Part shown: in pieces, positions 11,461 through 25,405 of the stretch | Layout of the letters: each line of letters opens with the position of its first letter | How positions within the stretch are numbered: the first letter of the stretch is position 1 | NCBI GenBank assembly: GCA_039545335.1 | Contig: BCIN01000002.1 | Coordinates: 248,001 to 312,000 of the forward strand | Length of the DNA: 64,000 nucleotides | Source of the DNA: Kondoa subrosea | Lineage: Eukaryota | Direction of reading: 5' to 3' | Notes under the pieces: generated by a model | The model's database searches: none | What the model saw: the letters and a program-made list of their open reading frames with translations, nothing else | What the model was told of the DNA's origin: nothing | Made by a program: the position numbers and the translations under genes

Positions 11461-13529
11461 ATGCGAATTGGTCTGCAATTACGTCGTTCTATTGCCCGAA
11501 GAGCCATCGACAGCATGTCACTGCCTTTCCCAGTTTCTGAGCGATTGGCTCCAGAGATGAATAAGCTTGATGGTGAGTTTTCTCTGCATCCGTTGTGTGC
11601 TTGTCTCATGTGACTTTTAGTTTGGAGCGTCTTCAGGTCCGTCAGAACTTGATAGCCTTACAGAATGAAATCTGACTCGTCATAGTCCTTTGTCTGGATA
11701 CGTACCGAAGGACTCTATCAATCTTGGACAAGGCTTCATGAATTGGAAACCCTTCCCGGAAGCAGCCCATGCAGCGTAAGTTTCGTCGACCTTGCAATTT
11801 TGCTGTCTTTCAACCTCTTGTCTACAGAGAAGCGGCGTAAGCTTATTTGTGATGCAACAATATCTGCTGATATCTGCTTAGCCTAGATGACGTAGCGAGT
11901 AATCACTATTCTCTGCCAAAGGGTCGAATAGCACTTCGGCGGGCTTTGAGCAAGCACTATTCGCCTTCTTTCGGTTTGAAGCGAGATCTAGATCCAGAGA
12001 GAGAAATAGCAATCTTTTCTGGTGCAAATGTAGCAATCCTCTCTGTTCTGACTGCCTTTATCAATGCTGGAGATGAAGTAGTAATCATTGAACGCAAGTC
12101 TTCGCTCTTCTCATTTATGTGCCTCGGCTCATTATCTAGTACTGTGCAGCTTTCTTCGATCAATATCTTGTTAGTCTGCTATTGTGCTTGTCATGGAAGC
12201 TTCGCTAATGTTCACTCTCACAGGCCAACATCACCTTCCAAGGTGGTGTACCTCGTTTTGTGCCAATGCGACCTCCACCCAAATCAAAAGATGGCAAACC
12301 TTCTTCTGCTTCTGAATGGACTTTAGACTTGAATGAATTACGCTCTGCTATCAATTCGAAGACGAAATGCATTATCCTCAATACGCCTTCAAATCCACTA
12401 GTAAGTCAGACAACTAGCTGTCGCACGTTTAATACTGAATAAGTATCGTACCGCAGGGAAAAGTCTTTACTGAAAAAGAACTGATAGATATTGGCACAAT
12501 AGCAGAAGAAAACAACCTCATTATTATCTCAGATGAAGTCTATGACTGTTTAGCATTCCCTCCAGCTCAACATATTCGAACCGCTTCCCTCAAGTCATTC
12601 TGGGATCGAACAATAACAGTTGGTTCTGCTGGCAAATCGTTTTCTGCAACGGGATGGCGAGTATGTTCAAGAGCCTCTTCACTAGCAGAAAAGTTCGCTC
12701 ATATCTATGTTTCTTGCCTGTCATAGGTGGGTTGGGCACTTGGACCTGAACATCTCGTAAAACCAGCAACTGCTGCATCGACAAGATTAGTCTTTTGTGC
12801 AAGTCTTTTTGTCAAGTCATGTGAAGATTCAACTCATTCTCTTAATCCTTTAGTCTGTATCACCATTACAGGAGGCTGTAGCGGGAGCATTTGAAAAACA
12901 AGGCAATTTCTTTGCTGATCAGAATAAGGCCTATATCGAAAGAAGGGAGGTTTTGACTCAAGCACTGGATCGCTTAAGGATTGGCTAGTACGTTTCTTCC
13001 TTCGTGGACCAAAAGAGCGCCGTACTAATCATGACAATAGTACTCAACCGGATGGAGCTTGCGAGTCATTTTCATCTTTCGGTAACCAAATAACCTAATC
13101 TAGTACATCGCCAGACTTCATCTTCGTGGACATTGAAAAGCTCAGGATTCCAGACGATTTTGAAACCCTTGATATCATCAAAGATCGAACAAGGGATTGG
13201 AGAGCAGCTTGGTTCATTGCAAAGACTTGCGGAGTAGTCGTGGTATGTCGGAAGATTTGAGTCGATGTTTTCACTCATATGTCGAGCAGATTCCTCCTAC
13301 TGACTTCTACTCAAAAGAGCATGGTAGGACTTATCCTCTTGCAATCCTCAGACAGCCTCATAGTGTGCTCCGCTAGCTGATATTGGCGCAAACTACATAC
13401 GTCTGGCTTTTTGCAAGGATATAGAAACTCTGCAGAAAGCAGGGGAGAGGTGAGCAACCCTCACATGTTTCGATGGCGTCCTTAAACAAGTATTCCAGAT
13501 TACAAAAGCTTGCACCATACCTAGAGTGA
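11461..13529 (+). CDS. PLP-dependent class I aminotransferase, kynurenine aminotransferase (BNA3/KAT-like)
   Basis: INLGQGF, EPFFDQY, LNTPSNP, ISDEVY, GSAGKSFSATGWRVG, RLAFCK motifs over ~15 exons. Confidence 0.92.
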
Positions 13530-13548
13530 AATGCAGATACAATGATAA

Positions 13549-16500
13549 CTAGATTTCCTGTTGCTGCAACACGACGTCTATAACATCTCTTTGCTTGATT
13601 CGCAAGACCAGATCTGCTGGAATTCGTTTTGCCAAATAGCCGGCAAGTAGAACTCGTCCTTCAGCTTCTGCCAAGTCTTCTGCCTTCACATCTAATTGTG
13701 CTCTAGTTGCCTTAGGCAGGTGAGTGTACTGTACGGCAAAGCTGTCAGATAAGTTCACGATTACATGGCGACAACTCACATAGTGCAATAGTATTGCGTC
13801 ATCATGGTGTACACTTCCATTAAGCAGCCCCTTCTGCTTGCCAAGCTTTGCGATGACTTTGATGAAGCTTTTGCCCTGCAATTCCCTTAGCGGCTGCAAT
13901 TCCCACTTTCTTTGTACAATCATTTCGCCTGCAGGCAAGAGCGAGGGCGATCCGTGACTATCGATCTGTGTGCAGCCTAGTCCTGCCAGCTCATCCAAGG
14001 CTTGATCAACTTTCCGGGACGCAAAGACGTTCTTGCTTAAATCTGCTGGACATCCGTAGTAACTAGGATTAGAATGAAGTCGTCTAGCCCAGAATGTCGT
14101 AGACAGTGTTTTGAGTAGATCATGACGGCTCGATGGTTTTTCCGTCAAAGATTGCAGTAAGAAGAGTTGGAAATGGTTGTCTTGGCTGAAGGGAGATTCG
14201 AGAAGAAGACCGTCTCTTAGGAAACGGGAATATATATCAGCTTGAGAGGGTTGACATAGAATCAGACATTGGTTGTTGATTCCTGAAGAAGCCGCTGCAG
14301 CGCAACTCTGCATTTGGAGAAGATCGTTGATATCGTAGTCACGCAGCGTCCTTGAGCCCTCTTTGTCTACGATGGCATCTTGTGTTCCTGCGACGATCAC
14401 GAGAGGTGCAACAAGATCGTCTAACCAAGAACAGCCTTTTGTTGCGATCAGAAGCCTAGCGGCGCCAGCTTTCCAAGTTTGCAGCATTAATTTCTTTTCC
14501 ATTGGTGCCATTCCTTCGTAAAAGAGAGCTATTCCATGCAGTAGGGCCTCTTTCGAGTCATGATCCCTGATCTGCTGACTGCACAGCTCCAATACTTCCC
14601 CATTTCCGACAAAAGCCAAGGTTTCCAGATCAGAGCCGGAATGTTTGATCAGTGAGAGGGCGGCAATCAAACATTGATTGCGAGAGGAGACGAAGCAGAT
14701 TGCTGATGTGCCACTCGCTTGGACAGCGTGATGAATAGGTTTAATCATGTTGCGAAGTAAAGTAGTGGGATTCGTAGTAGACGAGAACGTTTGAAAGCTT
14801 GTCTCCAGCGAAGTTGGTCGATCTGCACTTGCGAAGGAATATACGTGTTCGCTTCGGCAATGCAGCCAAGCAGCTTGATCCAGTGGGTTCAACATTGGCG
14901 CGGAAAGACATATTCGCCGTAGCGAAGTAGGTAGACGTGAGAGAACGCTCTCGTATGCACTATTCAGGCTGTGAACCTCGTCGGCTATGACCAAAGACAC
15001 GCCGTCACCGAGACTGTCAAGTAGCGCGAGCGGTTGATCGGCTAGGATGTAAGGATTGGCAATAAAGCAGCGTGGACCGCTGTCTGAATCTTTTTTGAAA
15101 GCCTGAATGTCGTTTGCAGATATTAACACCTTGCAACGTATTCCAATGGAATTGAAATATTGTTTGATTGTACGATTGATGATAAGTGCGGTTCTCGGCA
15201 AAGATAGAATGAGTATGGATGCATTGGAAGATTTAGTGATACAATTCCTAGTAAAGCTTTAGATTTGGCTTCGCGTGCCTGTCTGAAGACTGACCAGATG
15301 CTCAACAATATGATTTGCATGCGATTGAAATGATCGGGTATGCACAAAAGGCAATTAGCCGTGGTATGACAGATTGAATGATATGTTTGCGTTTCTATTG
15401 GATCCAGACTGCCAGGATTGCCGATGAGACACTTGCGTAAACCCGGAACCTCAGAAACGTTAAATAAGGGGATGTCTTCTTGTAATGGTGTCTTGTATGT
15501 TGATTGCACTGGCATGTGCACCCCTTCGCAGGGCACTATCACGATTTCGTCGCTGTCCATCCATCGATCGGAATTGAGATGAACATTGAAGTGCGAAGGG
15601 AGCTTTGGTACTGTCGTCAAGAAGTCGTACGTAAGCTGACTCATCGAAGCTTGTAGCTGTACATTTGTTATTTGTAGTATGTTGATGTCGTCGGCATCCG
15701 ATAACCACAGCCAGAACATTTCCATATTTCCATGAATTTTATTTGTCCAAGTGAAGTCTTTCGTAGCCACTACTTGAATCCGTAACAGATCGGAAGCCAA
15801 TGGTTCCAACACGAATTCGAAAGTAAAACGAGGTAGATGTGAGGCAGCTTCTTGAGCTATTGTTCCAAGCCGTTCGTTCAGATGTATGAGCTCTCCAAGC
15901 TCTTTAGGTGGTAGGGCAGCAAGATCGCGCGCATCCCAGTCATCAGCGTATTGGCTAATGTTGTAAACTATATCCGCCGGAACCTCAAATTGGCCGATCG
16001 GATTGTCGAAGGGCCACATGCGACCTGGGTTGTACTCAGTATATGCTTCTCACCGATAGATTGAACTCACGCTCAATGGCTTTGCAAAGCGAAAGGATGA
16101 CACGCGATGATTCAGACCATTTTCGGCTCATTGCAATCTCAAACATTGCTCGCGCAATACGTGCCGCGTTTTGAGCAACATATGCAGAGTCACTAACTAG
16201 GGCAAAGTCTTCGATGAAGCGCCGGGAGATATAGCTCTGTAGCAAGACATTGACTTTGCCCTGCGTTGTTTGGACAGCCCCCTGTGCAAGGTCAGCAATA
16301 CACGTAGAATGGTATGACAACGTACTCTGATGTCGCAAGGCGCACTTTCCGATAGGGTCTTCAATTCCGGCACTTCTGAATCGCGCACAGCAATCTGCTC
16401 GAACTCGTGGCTTTGGCTGAGCACCCAAAGTGTATCGGCTTCGGTCATTCGTGGCTTGAAGATGGGATTGAAGGTTTCGATACTCTTTGCATTTAGATAA

Positions 16501-19500
16501 AATTTCGATGCCGTGATGCCTAAATCTGTTGACGTGAGCGAGCCACTGTCTGGGTCGAAGATAACCATCTCATAAGAGGCCAATTGCTTAGCTGCTATAG
16601 TCATGAGCTGGAACCTCTTGCTGCCCAACGAGGGATCGTTTTCGACATCGACTTGAGTTAGACCGTAAACCCTGAACGATAAATGAGCATAGTCGGTATT
16701 GGGCTCGGAAATCTCACATGGGATTCTTGCGCATTCTGACAAACAAGAAGGTATAACCAATCCACCGAACACCTTCATCGATTGATGAAACTGTTCCAAG
16801 AGCTATTTCTGCATTCAAAGCATTGAGAATGCCTTGTACGAATCTATAGGATGATGAGAAATTGTCGTGGACTAGGCCAATGCGACTTACTTCGATTCGA
16901 TAGGATGTTGCTCAGTTATAGCTGAAACGTAGTGGTCTACTTTATCGGCTGTAGTGCAGATGTAGCCGACACCGTGCGTCTCATATTGAGGTCGACCAGC
17001 ACGACCAAAAATCTATCAAAGAGCTATGCGTAAGCTTTCTTGATCCAAGACAGAGAGCTGAGACTGACTTGTAATACATCGAGTATTGATAAATCGACAA
17101 AGCTACCTTTCGAGGCATCGTAGATCTGAGTGCCTTTGATGACAACTGCATAGGCTGGGAGATTGACTCCCCAAGCTAAAGTAGCTGTGCAGACAAGGAC
17201 CTGCTCTCAAAGTCAGGAATCGACCTCTACTCTCAAGGAAAGACCTCGCTTTGGTAACATTCTGCTCAAACATCCTTTCGCTAAGTGTACGGTCAGACCT
17301 CAGCATGCCTGCATGATGTATACTGCCAAAATCTATATCAGTAACGAAACTGAAATAGCCTGAACCACGGACCCAAAGCCATCCAGAAACAGCTCGCGCA
17401 TTTCGCGATTTCTGGATCCGCCAACATCCCGCTTGAACAGGTTGTATTTATCATTTAGTGTGGCATCCACTAGATCATGTAGACCTTCAGCTTTCACACA
17501 ATCTCGTAACATCATAGCAGTCTTGACTGTTTCTTTCCGAGCATGAACAAAGACCATAACTTGATGACCATCCCGCAGCAGATCAGCGACCTGTCGAGTC
17601 ATCCTTTACATTGAGACGATTCTGATGTCTCGAGCAGTGCTACAACCGACCTTGTCGAATGTAGCGATATCAAGATTTTCCCTTGAGGCGGAACTATTGA
17701 CCTTTCCTTTGACCCCAATGAAATGTTGCTCAAGTGGTACAGGTCTGAAGCTTTGATCGAAGTAGAAGAGACCCTGATATCGATTGACTCTGCAAAGGGA
17801 ATCACTGCCACTCGGTAGAGGGTTGAGTGTTCAGAACATACCCTAAGAAGTCTGCCACATCAATATAATTGGGAAGAGTAGCTGACAGACCAACAATACG
17901 TATAAGTAATTGACTAGATTCGACCTATGTTGGCTTGTGAGTCAAAGACCTTGATTTTGATCATAGATTGCTTACCATGCGCAGTGTTCTTGCGACAATC
18001 GTTTCTATCACAGCTCCACGATCATCATGTAGTAAGTGGACTTCATCGATGATCAGAAGTCGGACTTTCTGCTTTGACTATTAGTAACAATCTCCGAACT
18101 GCTGATCAACTGACCGATGTCAATTCCTCTTCCGAGCTGCTCTTATTCGTCACGACAGCCCATTTCTCAGGTGTGGTCACAATAACCTGAGTTTCACTGA
18201 TTTCTTTTCTTGTCAGTTGCATATCACCTTGTTTCAATGAATTTCATCAGGCTTTCGTCTTCTCTTTCGCTCGAATCCCTTACCAGTCAATTCTTTCACC
18301 TGTACACCGATCCATCCAAGACGTTTACTCATCTTTTTGGTAATTTCAGCAGCCAGAGCTTTCATAGGTGCAACATAAACGATTTTGAAATCATACGAAG
18401 ATAAACGAGTTCGACCAGCGGAAGTTGGACCTGGTAAAATGAGCGAAGAGTTTTGTGATATAGCTCGAAGAACAGCTAAAACGGCAACATCGGTTTTACC
18501 CTGTTATTAGGATGAGTAAAAGGCCCTCAGGAGTCGGGTAGAAAGGGAAATAAGGACGAACAGCACCTGTTGGCGCGCAGACCAACATATTCTCATTTGA
18601 TTCGTATGCGACAGGGTAGACAACTGATTGTAATCGATTAAGAGTAGTATACCCCTGGTAAGACTGTGAGCATAATCTGATGCGGCAAGCTTGTAGGCAC
18701 CAACAGGAAAGGAGCCTCGAGCTAGCGGATCTAGTTCTGATATGTTTCGTAATCGTTCTTCCGATCGCATCGGCATGATTGAAGGAGTTGGTATAATGAC
18801 TTCTTCGTATTTCTGTCAGTAAATGGACTAAGTCAGGAAGCTGACAAGACATCCTTCAGTACTGACCTCATGAGCTATACGTTTTGTCCCTGTTGGCAAA
18901 CTGTATTTCTGGCCGCTGAAGGAAAGCGTGCTTCCGCTTTGTGTTGCAGCATAAATATGTGGATATTTTGGTTCTTCAGGAACGCCTCTCTATGATAGAG
19001 ACACTTCATCAGCTTCCCTCTGCAGGAAAATTGTGTCTACTCACATCCTTACCGCTCGCTAATGGTCGAGAGCTAGCAGCTTGCAATTCTGCTTCGCGAA
19101 TGCGTTGCATCTCGTTGAAAGTCAAGACAGGTTCAGCAGCACTCTTTTGTTGGGCATGATTATGCCTCTTCGCTTCATTTCTAGCTCTCTTAGCTTCTGC
19201 TTTGCTTTGCAAGGTTTCGAAAATGATCTGCGCTTGCGGAACATATCCACCTCTTGCAGCTGCTGAAACGTTCGTAGATACTACAGGTAGTGGTGGTAGT
19301 AGTGTTTGTTCGCGAGAAGAAGGTTCCCAAAGAGCAGCCTTTGGGTTCAGAGGTGAAATCGATTTGACATTCTCCCGCTTCAGAGTATTGCGATGAGACA
19401 AAGCTTGAGGAATAGTGTCTATACGATCATAGCCGACCAATTCAACTAGTTGTACTGCTATCACATCGTCCGAAGTTTCAGAAGTGAGTAGTTGTAGAGC

Positions 19501-19856
19501 TTGTTTGCGATTGTCTTCGTTGGGAATAGTCCTATTAGTCAATAGATCAGTACGATTACTATGCCTGTACATGAAACACACAATTCGAGCCAAGCAGAAG
19601 CTGTCAAGCTATCTGTTAAATGTTCCAAGGTTGTTTTTGAAGTGCTAGCAAAGGGAGGCCAGACATCTTGATCGATCGCTGGTTCGGAAGCGAGACCATT
19701 CGTATGCGGCCTGCTATTGTCCAGGTTAGCACAGCTCTGGGACTTCCGCTTGAGAAATGACCTGTTGCTCGACTTCAATTTTTGCTCTATGTCATTCCAA
19801 ATATCGCCTGAGGCAACTGATGCGGGGTATAGCAGCTCTTCTAGGCTGAAAGACAT
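13549..19856 (-). CDS. SLH1: Ski2-like Sec63-domain helicase, Slh1/Rqt2/ASCC3 type
   Basis: [61 protein letters not shown], and Sec63 region [13 protein letters not shown]; degenerate second cassette. Confidence 0.88.
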
Positions 19857-20106
19857 ACTCCAGATGTTCTTCCAGGCGCTTCAATGGGTTATACTCCTCG
19901 TTGCTAGTTTCGAACAGCTTGTTCTCAAGCCGTGACCATCAATGGATCTGTGAACACCTTGCTCTGCACGATTCAGAACAAGCTCATCACTCTCCGATTG
20001 AGATCTCTGCTTCTATCTTTGCTGTCCCTTTGTCATTTCGAGTTTGTCCATTCTAGGTAACTCATGGGAGTTGATATGGCTTGCTCCTTACGTTCCCTCA
20101 ACCACT

Positions 20107-22339
20107 ATGTCGACTGCGCGTCCTTCCAAAGTACCTCAATCTCTTCTGTATTTGCTCTTACTTCCCCCACGACAGAATCTCCTGCCTTTCATTCATGCTG
20201 GGCCAGAGCATGTTCGCTTTTTGCCTCGTCAAGATCCCCATCAAGCTAGACAGCTAGATCTTACGACGCCTAAACTGTATCTAGACAATGCACAATTACA
20301 TCAGCCGCTCATGAGTCAAGAAATGATGTCGGTGATTGATAGCCAGATATTCTACCAAGATTGGAAATACTTGCAAATTACGAACGAGACAACAGCCCCT
20401 GATCATCAAATGCGCTACGCTCAAGCTTTGCTGAACAGAACCATACGGTTTCGACAGGTCTGGAGTCTGCTTTTTCGGCTCTCCGATCCTAATCAACCTT
20501 CGCCTCAAATTCATGTCTTTTGGGCTCAAGTATCTGCTGCCGGCAATTCCAAGTCGCATAGCTACATAGAGGCCCGTTTGATGTACTGGATGCTTATCAG
20601 GGAAGCTAGGAAGTTCTTAAACCTTTTTCTTCCAAGGCATCCAATGCTGGATTTCACTGATCAGCAAATCTTGGAGCATATTGGTAGTCTCTTCTATCAT
20701 AACCACCATCCCCTCTTTCTCTTTCTTTTAGCTGCGGATGGCGCGTATGCTCACTTGCAAATTAATGGCAACCTAGATTTGAAGCTCGCGAATCATGAAG
20801 ATGAAGAGGTACTGCGCTTATTGCAAGAGCAACGTCGAAACCCACAAGACGGTCAGCATATAGTGCCATGGGATCGCCGTCTGCTGTGTCGTCATCCTAT
20901 CTTGGTCGCCATGAATGCTGCTACTATGTTTATCTTAACTCATAACAGAGACCTTCCGTTAGATCTACGCAATCTTGCTGAAACATACTTGAATCAAGCA
21001 AAGGTCGTTACCAATTGCGTCAAAGATTTGTCTTCTCATCATTGCGCCACGGTTTTCTACTCTGGAGCGCCCGAGCATATCTTCGAGGGAGTACACATTA
21101 TTAAAAACCATCAGATATATCACCTTGGCGTTCAGCGAGGTTTTGGATTTTATCCTGGCGAGTAAGCCAACGAAAGCTGAGCCACGTTCTGAACTCATCA
21201 TAGAGCTCTCGCATAGCGTTCTCGTATTGGTTTATGGTCGTGACTCGCATGTTGTGACGGTAGGACATGTGCCTGAACATTCTCAATCCGGTTACGTCAA
21301 TATGCAAGTCTTCAGCATGGATGCACAAAGCGGAATTGCCGGAAGTCTGAGCCTTTCTCGCTTCTTCCGTGCCCAAGGGCCTCTGAAAACTCTGGTAAAT
21401 GAAACCTGACCAGGTAGCGAACCTGCTCTAACGTTTTCTGTACAGACCGCGATTCAAGTACACCGCTTACCTTGGTTCACTCAATACCTCTCTACTGCGC
21501 CTACCCGGAGTGTGATACGGGAGCTATCTATTGAGGAATGTGTCCCATTGTGGGGTAAGCTAATGACCTTTGTTTTCGAAATCCTTTAATCAAATCCAAA
21601 CAGATCAAGCTGATGCGCGAGCTGGAGTGGATCGAAGATATGGTTATTTGTCTTATTTGGCACGTCCACCATCTCCGACGATGGAAGAACGGGAACTGGT
21701 CGAGGTCAGGAGTCTTACATTGAGCAGTGTTGGCCGGCGGCAAGCTTCCGTTGAGGCTCATCAGTCCATTCGCTTCTCAAGTTCGTGCTATGTCTTCAAG
21801 TACGCATTCTTGAGCTAATTTTTGGCCCTACAGCACCTATATCGCATGAGCTGCGCACTCCAACACCCTTTTCCCGGCAAAGCCCTGCTCCGGCGCAATT
21901 TACGCAACATCGAGATGACTTCCATCTTCCTCCTCATTCTCTGATAGATGGCTCTCCAATGAAATCTAATCAGCCGCATGGATATATTGTTCCAGCTGGA
22001 TCGGTAGCAGCGCTTGTAACTCGAAACAATCGTCTGGCTGCACCTCCTCCGCCTTTACAAAGAGTAAGATCTCATGGACTGCTGTCAGCAGATCCTCGTA
22101 CTCGTGCTTTTCTTGGACCCTTCGATCCGCCTCCGCCTCAGCAGAGAAATGTACAAGAAGCTGCTGCTGGCAGCTTAACATCAAGCCTACAGCAAAATAG
22201 GAAACGAAGGGGAGGAACACCTCCCTCCGGTTCACATCGAGCTCCTCCTCCGCCTCCTACCATTGGGTCTTCTGCAGGTGGAAGACTTACTTCTCCGTCT
22301 TCTTCATGGAGCGACAGACTCCGGCGGAGGAGGTACTAG
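20107..22339 (+). CDS. Hypothetical protein, weak resemblance to the fungal transcription-factor middle homology region; Pro-rich tail
   Basis: 373-aa ORF plus spliced downstream exons; EARKFLNLFLPRHPMLD and PILVAMNAA...AETYLNQAK segments. Confidence 0.5.
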
Positions 22340-22564
22340 ATTAGTTCACAATGGCTATCGGTATAACAGGTCTTCATGTAACTTATGCGCGCAAATGCAT
22401 TTCAGCCGAGACTTGTATACAATCTCAACAAGACCCGCAATGCAAGTCTTGCTCGAGGTTTGTGCGTTAGAAGATGTCATCGCATGACACATTCTGTTGC
22501 CGCGCTTGACCTCAAGCCATCATTTCGTCTACATTCTCTGAAGACAGCAGATCTATTTAGAAGC

Positions 22565-25355
22565 ATGACAACCAATCACGTTGATCCTCGAGATGTGCCA
22601 GATCCAGCAAGCAACAGTAACTTCTACGAAGCAGTCACTACACACTTGCATTTGGATTGGACTGTTGACTTTGCAGCAAAGCTCATTCATGGTTCAGCTG
22701 AGCATACAGTCTCAATCAAGAAGGACAACGTAGACACTTTCATCCTGGACACGAGCTATCTCAAATTAGACAAAGTACAAGTCGAAGGCAAGCAAGTGCA
22801 GTACAAGTTACAGGAGAGAGCCGCTGTGTTTGGGTCCACGCTCCATGTCCCTCTTGGTCCAGCGACAAAGAAAGGGCAGAACCTGAAAGTCAAGATCTCC
22901 TATTCGACAACTTCTGAATGTACCGCTCTAGGATGGCTCGAGAAAGAGCAGACATCAGATGGTACTCATCCTTTCGTCTACTCTCAATGTCAAGTCAGTT
23001 TCGCATTGTTCTCGTTTGGCTTGAGCTTATGTTGAATACTTACGTGCATAGGCAATTCATGCTCGAAGTCTGTTCCCTTGTCAAGATACTCCAGCAGTTA
23101 AATTCACCTACTCCGCTGCTGTTCAATCTTCTCTTGATGGATGCTCTGTTCTCCTTTCAGCTCAACGTGTTTCTCCCCCTTCAACTGAATCAGCAGGTAA
23201 AGCTGGAACGATTTATCACTACAATCAGCCTGTTTGTCTACTCTTTAGTGTCTATAAAAGCTATTTAAATAAAGTTAAAATAGGTTCCGATGCCTTCGTA
23301 CCTTGTCGCGATCGCTGGAGGAAGCCTAGCTTACTCATCGCTCGGAAAGAGAAGCGGAGTATGGGCTGAGCCGAGTGTACTGAAAGCTGCTGCTGTATGT
23401 ACTCTTTCACTTTTCTAAGCGGTATACTGATATTTGATGAATCTAAGTGGGAATTTGAGTCTACCGAGACATTTGTCGATACGGCTGAGAAACTAGTTGG
23501 CAAGTATGAATGGGGAACATACGATGTGGTACGCTACTCCATGCTGTGTATCTCTATTTTGCTAATAGCTGCGCTTACTACAGCTCGTTCTGCCAAAATC
23601 TTTCCCTTATGGTGGAATGGAGGTGAGACCAAACAATAAATTCTTTTGTCTTCAGGACTAATGTTGTTACAGAACACTAACTTGACATTCCTTACTCCCA
23701 CCCTGCTAGCTGGTGATAAATCATTGACCGATGTCATTGCGCACGAAGCTTCTCACTCGTGGTTCGGAAACCTCATCGGCTGTCATGTTTGTCGATGATT
23801 CATTTTTACTGGTCAAGTCTGATCTTGCGCCCACTATAGGACTGGCAATCATTCTGGCTCAACGAAGGTGCGACCATTATAGGAACTGGTAATGAAAATT
23901 TCACCACTTACTGAATTTACAAAGGCTTCACCACTTATCTTGAAAGACTTATTCAACGAGAATTATATGGCGAAGCAGCTCGAGGTTTCTCATATATTAT
24001 TGGTTATCGAGCTTTAGTCGCTTCCCTCAAGGAATTCAACAAGACACCGAGGTGTAGGTTTGTCAATAGAGCGAGATCCCTTTCCAACCTTTCTCTTGCA
24101 GATCAAAGACTGCATATTGATTATGAACATGGGACAGATCCTGATGATGCTTTCTGTATGTCCTCCTCCTTGCTAGCCATATCAGTCCATGCTAATCTGA
24201 AAGCAGCAACTGTACCATACGACAGTGAGCTCTGCACTAACGCTCGCGTAACACAGATGCTTAAATATGCTTCCAGAGGGCTCCAACTTTTTGCTCTACT
24301 TGGAAAGAACAGTTGGCGGACTAGACCTCTTCTTACCTTACATTCGAAACTACGTACAGACATTCCGCAATACCGCTATCACCACGCAGATGTTCAAGGA
24401 TCATTTGTTGAACTATTTCGCTAAAAATCATGGAGATGAAGTCAGCAACAAGCTAAATCAAATTGACTGGAATGTAAGCTTGCTGCTTCTGCCGAACGAA
24501 TCATGTGCTTAAGCGATACCTTCTGAAGGCTTGGTTGTTTGGCGAAGGAGTTGTAAGTGTTGTAACCCAACCTGGAAGCGCAACAATGGCTTACTGTCCA
24601 AAACAGACGCTTCCTGTGCAGATGACCTATGACACTTCGCTCGGTGCGTCCAATTGGTTCGTATGCTGTGATCCAGCTTACTGAAGTCAATATACAGCCG
24701 ACAAAGCTTACGCTCTCGCCGACCGATGGAATCAAGCTCGTTCGAGCGAAGCAAAGGCTTCTGAATTTAGCAGGCAGGACCTGAAAGACTTCAATTCCAA
24801 TCAAGTCGGTACGTGGATGGAAGAAGATCGAGTCTCGCGCTCATACTTTTCTCCATTTGGTGTACAGTCGTTTTCCTCGAGCGTTTAGAAGGCATGGATC
24901 CATTCTCTGCTCAGCTTCTAGATAGAATGGAAGCGGTCTATGGATTCGATAGCACTTCTTCATCTGAGATCCGTTTACGTTGGTACAATTTGTCTCTACA
25001 GCCTGAATCCGGCGGAAAGTATGCCCGTTCGGCTTGCGAATGGTTAGTTTGCGCTATGAGCACGAATCTGGCGCTAATTCGTGGGGACTGACAGGGTTGC
25101 CGATAAGGGAAGAATGAAGTGAGCAGTCTTTACCAAAGCGGTCTTCCTGTTTTCTTACGAGTCGGTATAGATTCTGCCGACCTATCTATCGTCAATGCTT
25201 TGCACTGGACAAAGAGCTTGCCCGGAAAACATTCAAAGCCAACGAAACGTTCTACCATCCAATTGCGCGAGCGATGATAGCGAAGGTCAGGCCTGCTCAC
25301 ATCATGAACGAATATTTGCTAAATTTATTTGCGTCAGGATTTGGGACTAAACTGA
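22565..25355 (+). CDS. LAP2: Leukotriene A4 hydrolase-like M1 aminopeptidase
   Basis: [37 protein letters not shown] and GRMKFCRP motifs. Confidence 0.92.
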
Positions 25356-25405
25356 ATGCTTAAGTGATACAATTACCATGCAATATGATTTACAACAATT
25401 TATCG

